Source of the DNA: Candidatus Latescibacterota bacterium
GTDB lineage: Bacteria; Latescibacterota; UBA2968; UBA8231
Assembly: GCA_965248265.1 (NCBI GenBank)
Contig: CBDFJF010000002.1
Location: 3,968,001 to 4,032,000 of the forward strand
Reading direction: 5' to 3'
DNA length: 64,000 nucleotides
Shown in pieces: positions 1-8,211 of this stretch (position 1 is the stretch's first letter; each line of letters starts with the position of its first letter). The translations under genes and the position numbers were made by a program. A model generated the notes under the pieces. That model searched no databases. It was given only the letters and a program-made list of their open reading frames with translations, and was not told where the DNA came from.

Positions 1-135
1 TTTTCCTGTGGCCACGACCATGACGTGCTGGTGGGCCTGCTTCTCCCCCGTGCGATCAACGTGCGGCAGGCAATACGCGAACAGGAGCAATCGGCATCAA
101 AAGGCGTTCTTGCTGCCCCCAGTCAACAGGAATAG
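1..135 (+). CDS. 3' end of a hypothetical protein (truncated by window edge)
   Basis: Frame +1 is open from base 1: FSCGHDHDVLVGLLLPRAINVRQAIREQEQSASKGVLAAPSQQE-stop(TAG 133-135). Co-oriented with the downstream operon. Confidence 0.6.
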   Translation, partial: FSCGHDHDVLVGLLLPRAINVRQAIREQEQSASKGVLAAPSQQE

Positions 136-162
136 AACGACCCGCCGTGGGCGTGTCGTTTT

Positions 163-191
163 AAAGAAACAACCCGGTGGGTTGTTTCTTT
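163..191. repeat. Perfect 13-bp inverted repeat (terminator-, REP- or operator-like hairpin)
   Basis: AAAGAAACAACCC-GGT-GGGTTGTTTCTTT, preceded by a second imperfect hairpin at about 136-160. Confidence 0.7.
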
Positions 192-276
192 CGGGGAAAA
201 TTCTGGGGTGTCCATCGTAAATGCTCGAGTATTTTGAGCCCTGTTGGTTGGACCTAACTGAGAGGATGAAACTGAA

Positions 277-1314
277 ATGGCCGATGTGAAACCCATGACT
301 GGCCTCGAGCGTGTTCTGGCGGCGTTGAAGCGCGAACCCGTCGATCGCACACCTATCTGCAACCCGACGTCGGTGGCCACGGTGGAGCTGATGGATCTGG
401 TCGATGCCCCCTTTCCCGATGCCAACCGCGACCCGGAGTTGATGGCGCGGCTGGCCGCTACCGGGTACACCGAACTCGGTTTCGACTCCATCATGCCGGT
501 GTTCACGATCATCCAGGAGTCTTCCGCGCTGGGTTGCAAGATCCAGTGGGAGCAGAAGGACAATTGGCCTACCGTGCGCATGCGCGAACCGATCTGGGAA
601 AAGCTGGAGGACATCAAGATCCCCTCCAATTTGCTCACCCACCCAGATACCAAGTGTGTCCTGGATGCGATCCGTATCCTCAAGAAGGAGTACGGTGACG
701 AGGTGGCCATCATCGGCAAGACGATGGGGCCGTGGTCTCTGGCCTATCACGGAATGGGGGTCGAGCCCTTCCTGCTGCTTTCTCTGGATGATCCGGATGC
801 CACCAAGGCCATCCTCGACGCCCTCAAGAAGGTGACGATCGATTTCGGGGTGGCACAGTTGGAGGCGGGCGCCGACGCGGTGACCCTGCCCGACCACGCC
901 ACCGGTGACCTGGTTAGCGGCGAGTACTACGAACGCTATCTGAAAGACATGCATACCGAATTCGTCGATCAGATCCCGCTTCCCATAATCCTCCACATCT
1001 GCGGTCGCACCGTCGATCGCATGGGTTTCATAGCCGAGACCGGGATGGCCGCCTTCCACTACGATTCCAAGAATGAGCCCCCCGAATCGATGGACATCGT
1101 CAGGGACAAGATCTCCCTCGTCGGCAACATCAACAATCCGGAAACCCTGTACTCCAAAGGCCCGGAGGCGGTCAGGGCGGAAGTCTACAAGAACCTGGAT
1201 GCGGGCGTAAACCTGGTGGGGCCGGAGTGTGCGATACCGTTACAGACCTCGATTGCAAACTTGAAGGAGATTCCGAAGGCTGTCCGCGACTGGCACGCGG
1301 AACACACCAACTGA
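277..1314 (+). CDS. MtaA/CmuA-family (URO-D fold) corrinoid methyltransferase
   Basis: N-terminal MTGLERVLAAL..EPVDRTP, GPWSLA, Zn-ligand motif ILHICG, LVGNINN and GPECAIP. Confidence 0.9.
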   Translation: MADVKPMTGLERVLAALKREPVDRTPICNPTSVATVELMDLVDAPFPDANRDPELMARLAATGYTELGFDSIMPVFTIIQESSALGCKIQWEQKDNWPTVRMREPIWEKLEDIKIPSNLLTHPDTKCVLDAIRILKKEYGDEVAIIGKTMGPWSLAYHGMGVEPFLLLSLDDPDATKAILDALKKVTIDFGVAQLEAGADAVTLPDHATGDLVSGEYYERYLKDMHTEFVDQIPLPIILHICGRTVDRMGFIAETGMAAFHYDSKNEPPESMDIVRDKISLVGNINNPETLYSKGPEAVRAEVYKNLDAGVNLVGPECAIPLQTSIANLKEIPKAVRDWHAEHTN

Positions 1315-1352
1315 GTGATAACACGGAAACCGGACAGAAGGAAGGATCGGTA

Positions 1353-2105
1353 ATGGCAGAGCTTTCAGATATTGCGAACGAGACCATTCAGTACGAAATC
1401 GAGGAGTTTATCGAACGCCCGGATGAGCTTGAGCGCAACATTACCTTGTTCGCAAGCGTTCGCCCGTCGATGCAGGACATTGCTGCCGCTTTGATCGAGG
1501 GAGACAACGGCGTCGTCGACGAGCTCACCAAGCAAGCCTTGGACGAGGGCATCGAAGCGGTCGAAATCATGGATGACGGCCTCATCGCCGGCATGGGCAT
1601 CGTCGGCATCAAGTTCCGCGAGAATTTCATCTTCGTACCCGAGGTCCTCGCGTGCGCCCGCGCCATGAAGGCGGGGATGGCCTACATCGAACCGATCCTG
1701 TCTGCCTCAGGCGTGGAGAAAGCAGGCACCGTCGTCATGGGGACAGTCAAAGGCGACCTGCACGACATCGGCAAGAACCTGTGCATCATGATGCTGCGCG
1801 GCTCCGGATTCGAAGTCCACGACCTCGGAGTCGACACCTCGGAGGATGAATTCATTGAGGCGATTGAGGAGCACGGTGCACCGCTGATGGGCATGTCGGC
1901 GCTGTTGACGACGACGATGCCGAACATGGGCAAGACCATCGAGGCCTTCATCGACGCCGACCTGCGCGATGATGTCCAGATCATGGTCGGCGGCGCTCCG
2001 GTAACCCAGGAATTCGCCGACGACATGGGCGCCGACGGCTACGGCAAGGATGCCCTTGCCTGTGTCTCCCTGGCCAAGGACCTGATGACAGCCGCAGCCG
2101 GCTAA
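1353..2105 (+). CDS. Stand-alone corrinoid (B12-binding) protein, cap + Rossmann domains
   Basis: FVPEV cap motif, GTVKGDLHDIGKN (DxHxxG), SALLTTTM, VGGAPVT. ATG 1353 follows GAAGGA. Confidence 0.95.
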   Translation: MAELSDIANETIQYEIEEFIERPDELERNITLFASVRPSMQDIAAALIEGDNGVVDELTKQALDEGIEAVEIMDDGLIAGMGIVGIKFRENFIFVPEVLACARAMKAGMAYIEPILSASGVEKAGTVVMGTVKGDLHDIGKNLCIMMLRGSGFEVHDLGVDTSEDEFIEAIEEHGAPLMGMSALLTTTMPNMGKTIEAFIDADLRDDVQIMVGGAPVTQEFADDMGADGYGKDALACVSLAKDLMTAAAG

Positions 2106-2134
2106 CTACACTCTCTGCCCACGAGATATTGGCG

Positions 2135-2464
2135 ATGCCCGAGATCGACAAAGAGGACTACCAGAAGCGGCTGGATCGCATCACTGAGCTGTTCTCCGAC
2201 ATGGTAACGCATGCCGACGCGCAAGCCAGCGAACGCTGCCCCTACCGCAATCGCTTCGACGAGTGCACGGCCAAGATCCAATGCCGCAATCAGCGCCCTC
2301 CCCGTCCGGACGGGGAGCTCCAGCTGTGTGGTCACGATGGCGGTTTCGACTACCGTGACGCCTGGGAGTCCGACCCGGACACCTACGACAAGGCCAAAGC
2401 CAAGATCACTAAGATCAAGAAGCAGGCCGCCGCCGAGCGCGATGCGAAACGCGATTCGAGCTAA
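2135..2464 (+). CDS. Small Cys-rich hypothetical protein
   Basis: CPYRNRFDECTAKIQCRNQ...LC (4 Cys). Its stop overlaps the start of the next gene (TAATG). Confidence 0.75.
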   Translation: MPEIDKEDYQKRLDRITELFSDMVTHADAQASERCPYRNRFDECTAKIQCRNQRPPRPDGELQLCGHDGGFDYRDAWESDPDTYDKAKAKITKIKKQAAAERDAKRDSS

Positions 2465-4125
2465 TGCCGACGGTCGCCCACAACGACATCGAACGCCCCC
2501 TTCATGTGGGCAAAACGATATTCGATTACGCCGACGAGCTGGCCGTTCAGGTACCGACCTCCTGCTATCGCACGGGCCACTGCCACGAGTGCGTCGTCGA
2601 TATCAAGAAAGGCATGGAGAGCTTGTCCCACCGCACCGAAGCGGAGTCGTTTCTCAAAGACAGCTATCGACTCGCCTGTCAGGCCACCATCGAGCGCGAT
2701 GACCTCGAGGTCGAATTCTCACCGCTGCGTCGCAAGCCGAAGATCCTGACGCTCGGACGCGACAAGAACGTCGTGATGGCGCCGATGGTCACTCGTGTCG
2801 GCGAAGAGATTCTCTACGACGGCGAGGTGATCGATCGATACCGAGGGCATGTGTACGGAGTGGCCATCGATCTGGGCACGACGACCGTGGTCATGGATCT
2901 GGTCGACCTGGAGACGGGCCGCAGCATCCATGTCAGCTCGTTCGAGAATCCGCAGCGCTTTGGCGGCAGTGATGTCATGAACCGTATCTCCTACGACGCC
3001 AAACATCGTGGGGAGCTGCAGAAAGCCATCTCCAGCGCGGTGAGCAAAGAAATACTGGAGATGGGTCAGCAACACGGCTTCAGGCGCCAGGAGGTCTACG
3101 AGATCGTCGTTGCCGGCAATTCGACGATGCGTGAAATCCTGTTCAAAATGGACGTCCAGTCGATCGGGCAGAAACCCTACAAATCCACGATCGAAGAGGA
3201 ATTCCTCGCCAGCCAGCGGCCACACACGGCCCTGGCACAGGACGCCCGACGTCTTGGGCTTCGCGCCAATCTGAGGACCAAGATCTACGGACTGCCCCTG
3301 ATCGCCAGTCACGTCGGCGCGGACACGGCAGCCGATCTCGTCGCCCTCGACATGGACACGTGCAAGGATGACGAGGTAATCATGCTCGTCGACGTGGGCA
3401 CGAATACGGAAGTCGTGGTGAGCAAACAGGGCCGCATGATGGCAGCCTCGTGTCCGGCGGGACCGGCCTTCGAAGGAGGCCTGGTCAAGTTTGGCATGCC
3501 CGGTTATGACGGCGCCATCGAATCCGTTACCATCGGCGAAGACGGCAGGGTCGACTACCACACCATCGGCGACATCGCCCCCGAGGGCCTGTGCGGTTCG
3601 GGTCTTGTCGACCTGCTCGCCCAACTGCGCCGCCGTGATGTGATGACGGAGATGGGTGTTTTCTCCGCGGACCGGAAGCAGTTTGAGATGATGCTGATCC
3701 CCGAACACGGAATCACCTTCTCCAAAGAGGATGCCAGCAATCTGGCGCAGGCCAAGGCCGCCAACTACTGCGGGCAATTCATCGTCATGAGGGCTTTCGG
3801 AATCAACCCGGCCGACGTGACGCGGCTTTACCTGGCAGGTGGTTTCGCCAACTATATCGACATCGGCCATGCCATCGAAATAGGCTTCCTGGCCGCCGTT
3901 CCCGAGGACCGCATCGTCAAGGTGGGCAACGCAGCAGTGCAGGGGGCCCGCGAGATCTTGCTCGACCGGAACCAGCGCGCCGCCCTCGAAGAAACGGTCA
4001 AGAGTATCGAACACATCGAGCTTGAGACGACACCGGATTTCTTCGAAATCTTCGTGGAGGGCTGTCAGTTCAAGCCGATGCCGACACACATTTGCGACGC
4101 CCCTCTGGCCGGGAGCGCCGCATGA
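2464..4125 (+). CDS. Reductive activator of corrinoid proteins (RACo/RamA-like, ASKHA ATPase with N-terminal 2Fe-2S domain)
   Basis: CYRTGHCHEC...RLACQ ferredoxin motif, AIDLGTTTV, GSDVMNRI, DVGTNTEV, PAGPAFEG, GLCGSG, LAGGFANY. Confidence 0.92.
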   Translation: MPTVAHNDIERPLHVGKTIFDYADELAVQVPTSCYRTGHCHECVVDIKKGMESLSHRTEAESFLKDSYRLACQATIERDDLEVEFSPLRRKPKILTLGRDKNVVMAPMVTRVGEEILYDGEVIDRYRGHVYGVAIDLGTTTVVMDLVDLETGRSIHVSSFENPQRFGGSDVMNRISYDAKHRGELQKAISSAVSKEILEMGQQHGFRRQEVYEIVVAGNSTMREILFKMDVQSIGQKPYKSTIEEEFLASQRPHTALAQDARRLGLRANLRTKIYGLPLIASHVGADTAADLVALDMDTCKDDEVIMLVDVGTNTEVVVSKQGRMMAASCPAGPAFEGGLVKFGMPGYDGAIESVTIGEDGRVDYHTIGDIAPEGLCGSGLVDLLAQLRRRDVMTEMGVFSADRKQFEMMLIPEHGITFSKEDASNLAQAKAANYCGQFIVMRAFGINPADVTRLYLAGGFANYIDIGHAIEIGFLAAVPEDRIVKVGNAAVQGAREILLDRNQRAALEETVKSIEHIELETTPDFFEIFVEGCQFKPMPTHICDAPLAGSAA

Positions 4126-5732
4126 GTGCGGACGATCCGGCCCCGTCCGTCGAGGACGGGCATTCTCTGCGCCACCTGTTGGCGCAGCAGAATTCCTTCA
4201 TCAACGCCGTCGAACTGGTAAACTCGCGCGGGGTCATCACCGAACGTGCTGGAGGCCGCGTGCTGGAGCTGGCCAGCAACCTGGCGCGTCATCCCGACAT
4301 CCACGTCCTCAGCATAACCGACAACCCCGGGGGCAACGCCGTTCTCAGCGCTGAGACCCTGGGCCAAGAGCTTCAGGCGCTGGATCAGGAGGTGATCATC
4401 CATCTCTCCTGCAAGGACTGGAATCGCAACGGCCTGCAGAGCAAGGCATGGCAGCTGGCGAGCCAGGGATTCGATAACGTCCTGGCGCTCTCCGGGGACT
4501 ACCCCATCGACGGCTTTCAGGGAACGTCCGCCGGCGTCTTCGACATCGACTCGGTCGGCCTGTTACGTATGCTCTCGGACATGAACGCCGGCTTGGAAAC
4601 CGTGAGCGTGCGCGGCAAGAAGAGGGGGAGAATGAAAAAGACCGGTTTCGTGCTCGGGGCAGCCGTCAACAACTTCAAGCCCTACGAGCGCGAAGTCATG
4701 CCGCAGTACTTCAAACTGGCCGCCAAAATCGCCGCCGGCGCCGACTTCGTCATCAACCAGATCGGCTACAACGCGCGCAAGATGGACGAGCTGTTGCGCT
4801 ACATGAAGCTCAAGCAGCTGCAGGCCCCGGTGCTGGCCAACGTCTACATCCTCAGTGGTCCGGCCAGCCGCTACTTCCACTCCGGGCGCATACCGGGTGT
4901 GGTCGTCACCGACGAGCTGCTGGCGCTGACCGACAAACAGGCCGTCTCAGAGGACAAGGGCAAGGCGTTCTTTCTCGAGTTCGCCGCCAAGCAGTGTGCC
5001 GTGGCCAAGGGCCTCGGCTTCGACGGAGTCTATCTCGGAGGCCACGTCTCGTACCAGGATTTCGCTCGCGTTTTGGAAATCCAGGATCAGTTTGGTGATG
5101 CCGATTGGCATAACTTCGTCGGTGAGTTCACCTACGACGCAGGGGATGAGGAGTTCTACTTCTTTGAGCCGGACTCGGCCTCAGGCGTCAACTCAGACGA
5201 GATCAACCGTACCTATGCCGAGTCGAAGAGCCCGCGCGCCCTGCGATCTTCACGTCTATCGATTCCGCTTACCTACAAGCTGAACCGGCTGGTCCATAGC
5301 CTGGTGTTCGAACCCGGCGCCCTGGCCTATTGGCTCGGCCGCAAGCTCTACGGGGCCATCGAAAACAGAAAGTGGAACAAACTTGGCAAGGTGATGCATT
5401 CATTCGAGCAGGTGGCCAAGGTACCGGCCTTCGACTGCCGCGATTGCGGTGATTGCTCTTTGCCCGATATCGCCTTCCTGTGCCCGGAGTCCCAGTGCGT
5501 GAAGAACCAGCGCAACGGTCCGTGTGGAGGAACGCGGCTTGGCAAGTGTGAGATCGGAGAAAAGGATTGCATCTGGGCACGCGCCTACGACCGGCTCAAG
5601 CCGTACGGAGAAGAGGAAACCATGATCGAGCGCCCTGTCGTCTTCAGGAATTCTTCCCTCAAAGGAACCAGTGCCTGGGGAAACACCTTCCTCGGCCATG
5701 ACCATCAGGCCAAGCCGAAAAATGAAGAGTAA
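4122..5732 (+). CDS. metF: Methylenetetrahydrofolate reductase with fused C-terminal MetV-like Cys-rich domain
   Basis: SITDNPGG, HLSCKDWNR, LALSGDYP, KIAAGADFVINQ; C-terminal CRDCGDC..CPESQCVKNQRNGPCGG..C..CIW. ATGA overlap with RACo. Confidence 0.88.
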   Translation: MSADDPAPSVEDGHSLRHLLAQQNSFINAVELVNSRGVITERAGGRVLELASNLARHPDIHVLSITDNPGGNAVLSAETLGQELQALDQEVIIHLSCKDWNRNGLQSKAWQLASQGFDNVLALSGDYPIDGFQGTSAGVFDIDSVGLLRMLSDMNAGLETVSVRGKKRGRMKKTGFVLGAAVNNFKPYEREVMPQYFKLAAKIAAGADFVINQIGYNARKMDELLRYMKLKQLQAPVLANVYILSGPASRYFHSGRIPGVVVTDELLALTDKQAVSEDKGKAFFLEFAAKQCAVAKGLGFDGVYLGGHVSYQDFARVLEIQDQFGDADWHNFVGEFTYDAGDEEFYFFEPDSASGVNSDEINRTYAESKSPRALRSSRLSIPLTYKLNRLVHSLVFEPGALAYWLGRKLYGAIENRKWNKLGKVMHSFEQVAKVPAFDCRDCGDCSLPDIAFLCPESQCVKNQRNGPCGGTRLGKCEIGEKDCIWARAYDRLKPYGEEETMIERPVVFRNSSLKGTSAWGNTFLGHDHQAKPKNEE

Positions 5733-5783
5733 GTTTTCCGGATCACTGCTGGCTCAGTACTATTGATAGGATGTTGACTGCAG

Positions 5784-6878
5784 ATGAAACTGACTGATCC
5801 CGACCTCGACTTCATCATAGTCGGCGAAAACGTTCACACGACGCGAGTCGTCATGCGCAAAGGCAAGCTGGTGAGTGAAAAGGACGACGGTACGGCCGTC
5901 GTACGCTACACCACCGTCGATGGCGACAAACGCCAGTTGCCGATTTCCGAATCGACGAAGAAAACGCAGGACTACGAAGAGGGACGAGTGAAGCACATCA
6001 AGGTCGCCGTCCAGGCGGCGATGTCCGGGGACGCGGCGAGCGCCTCCGAGGGCGAGGAATACCTCAAGCGACAGATTCAGAAACAAGCCGAGGCCGGTGC
6101 CGACTACCTCGACGTCAACGTCGACGAAATCTCGATCAAACTGGAAGACCAGCTGGCAGCGATGGATTGGCTCGTGCGCTTCGTCCAAGGAGAGACCGAC
6201 GTGCCGGTGTCCGTTGACTCATCGAATATCGACGTCATTCACAGCGGCCTGAAGGCGTGGGATGCTGCGGGCGGGCGTCCGATGCTGAACTCGGCCTCAC
6301 TGGAACGACTGGATGCGCTCGATCTGGCCGTGGAGTACAACGCTCGCGTAATCGTCACTGCCGCAGGCGAATCCGGAATGCCGAGCAACACGGAGGATCG
6401 TGTTACGAACGCCTCGCGCATGGTCGACGCCGGACTGGAGAGGGGCCTGGCACTCGACGATCTGTTCGTCGATCCGCTGATCTTCCCGATTTCGGTAGAT
6501 GGCCGCTTTGGCCCGCACAGCCTGGATGCGATTCGCACGCTGCGCGAACGCTACGGCGAGGAGATCCATATCACGGGCGGTTTCAGCAACGTCTCCTTCG
6601 GCATCCCCAGTCGCAAGTGGATCAATGATGTCTTCATCATCCTGGCGGTCGCCGCCGGCGCTGACAGCGGCATCATCGATCCCGTCGGCAGCAAGCCGGC
6701 AGAGATCTTCAAGATCGACCGCGATTCCGCGCCCTATAAGCTTTCGGAGGACGCCCTGATGGGTCGAGACGAACACTGCGCCAACTACATCTTGGCCTGG
6801 CGACAGGGCGAGCTGGGGGACGGTGTTCCACCGCAGCGCAAGAGGCGCCCCCGTCCGCTCCCCCGAACCCTGGCCTGA
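5784..6878 (+). CDS. Methyltetrahydrofolate:corrinoid methyltransferase (pterin-binding, AcsE/MetH-pterin-like)
   Basis: IVGENV, GADYLDVNVD, SVDSS, MLNSAS, FVDPL, GFSNVSFG. Confidence 0.88.
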   Translation: MKLTDPDLDFIIVGENVHTTRVVMRKGKLVSEKDDGTAVVRYTTVDGDKRQLPISESTKKTQDYEEGRVKHIKVAVQAAMSGDAASASEGEEYLKRQIQKQAEAGADYLDVNVDEISIKLEDQLAAMDWLVRFVQGETDVPVSVDSSNIDVIHSGLKAWDAAGGRPMLNSASLERLDALDLAVEYNARVIVTAAGESGMPSNTEDRVTNASRMVDAGLERGLALDDLFVDPLIFPISVDGRFGPHSLDAIRTLRERYGEEIHITGGFSNVSFGIPSRKWINDVFIILAVAAGADSGIIDPVGSKPAEIFKIDRDSAPYKLSEDALMGRDEHCANYILAWRQGELGDGVPPQRKRRPRPLPRTLA

Positions 6879-6897
6879 TCACCGAGAGGACTAACCG

Positions 6898-7896
6898 ATG
6901 TCAGCGACCTTTTTGGAGCGATTGCAGCGTCCGGAGCCGATCGTCTACGACGGCGGTTTCGGCACGGAGCTATTCGCCCGCAGTGTGGAACTGACCAACA
7001 GTTCCCTCGCCTGCGAGCGCAACCCGGACGCCGTTCTGGACATCCACCAGGCCTACCTCAATGCTGGCGCCGAACTCATTCACACCAACACCTTCGTGGC
7101 CTCGTCACTGCACCTGGAGATGGCCGACGCCGAGGCCGACAGCTCCCAGATCGCCGCACGCGCCGCCCAGCTGGCAAAACAGGCCGTTGCGGAGATCGAC
7201 TCCCCTGCCTGGGTAGCCGGCAGCCTGGGGCCTTCTCCGGGCGCCATCGAGGCCGACAGCGGCGATACCGTGTTCGGAATTCCCGATGACAAAGTGCGCC
7301 AGGCCCACACTCAGGTGGCCGCCACCTTGGCCGGTGAAGGCGTCGACATGTTCGTCATCGAGACCATGTTCTCAGCCAAGGAGGCCGCCATCGCCGTGGA
7401 CGTCGCGCGACCACACGGCCTGCCGATCGCCCTGAATCTCACCTACAAGTACACGAAGGACCGCAAGAGCGGGGACATCATCTACCGCACGGATTGGGGT
7501 CATTCGGCCGCCGACCTGTTGGACATTCTGGCGGGTGGAGAGATGGCCGACGGTGAAAACCTGCTCGATGCAGTCACTATTTTTGGACTCAACTGCGGTG
7601 CCGAACAGAGCCGCACCGAACACACTGGCATGCGCTACGCCGTGACCGGTATCCAGCAGCTTTCCCAAGCGCTCCAGGAGCGCGGTCTCACCGACAAACA
7701 CATGATGGCCTTTCCCAATGCCGGCATGCCCGCCCTGGTGAAAGGGGTCCCCGTGTACTCCGAAACACCCGAAACCATGGTCGCCTTGGTGCCCGATCTA
7801 GTAGACGCAGGGGCATCCATCGTCGGTGGTTGTTGTGGCACCACGCCCGAACATATCAGGACATTCAAAACGGCGCTCGCCGACGTCAGCCATTGA
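6898..7896 (+). CDS. Homocysteine S-methyltransferase family protein (MetH Hcy domain, stand-alone)
   Basis: YDGGFGTEL, HQAYLNAGAELIHTNTF, GSLGP, IETM, GLNCG, PNAG, GGCCGTTPEHI. All three Zn-ligand Cys are present. Confidence 0.92.
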   Translation: MSATFLERLQRPEPIVYDGGFGTELFARSVELTNSSLACERNPDAVLDIHQAYLNAGAELIHTNTFVASSLHLEMADAEADSSQIAARAAQLAKQAVAEIDSPAWVAGSLGPSPGAIEADSGDTVFGIPDDKVRQAHTQVAATLAGEGVDMFVIETMFSAKEAAIAVDVARPHGLPIALNLTYKYTKDRKSGDIIYRTDWGHSAADLLDILAGGEMADGENLLDAVTIFGLNCGAEQSRTEHTGMRYAVTGIQQLSQALQERGLTDKHMMAFPNAGMPALVKGVPVYSETPETMVALVPDLVDAGASIVGGCCGTTPEHIRTFKTALADVSH

Positions 7897-7944
7897 TTCG
7901 GTAACGTCGCCCAGGCTGGCGACAACGACTGTTTGAGGCACACT

Positions 7945-8211
7945 ATGGCGGAGTACCAGGTACTGTATTGGCGTGAGATTCCCGCTCAGGTACGGGTTTT
8001 CGAAGGCCGCAGGCCGGTGTCGGCGAAGATGCCGGACCGTTTCCAGGATGAGATTGACCGCATCGCCATGGAGGAGGGCCTCGAGGGCTCGGATGATTAC
8101 CTGGACCAATGGAAATGGACGAAGAGGCTAGAGCGCCCCGGGACGGTGGAAGAGGTCATGACAGCGCTGCTGCAGGAACTGGAAGAGGAGCATGACAACC
8201 GCGATGTATGA
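7945..8211 (+). CDS. Virulence_fact/CvfA-like small protein
   Basis: YWREIPAQV...[12 protein letters not shown]....DDYLDQW signature. Confidence 0.8.
   Translation: MAEYQVLYWREIPAQVRVFEGRRPVSAKMPDRFQDEIDRIAMEEGLEGSDDYLDQWKWTKRLERPGTVEEVMTALLQELEEEHDNRDV

Noticed and set aside
136-276. Cobalamin or SAM riboswitch upstream of the methyltransferase operon
   Set aside because: No B12-box (GCCACTG..GGGAAG) or S-box core is visible and the space is short.
97-4089. Long antisense ORFs 97-1059 and 2719-4089
   Set aside because: They mirror well-supported plus-strand genes, as expected from high-GC codon bias, and show no motifs.
2464-6878. Wood-Ljungdahl (acs) gene cluster
   Set aside because: RACo, MetVF and AcsE-like genes are present, but no acsA/B/C/D is in the window.
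277-7896. Pyrrolysine-containing methylamine methyltransferase
   Set aside because: No in-frame TAG-interrupted MttB/MtbB/MtmB-like gene; all ORFs are contiguous and full length.
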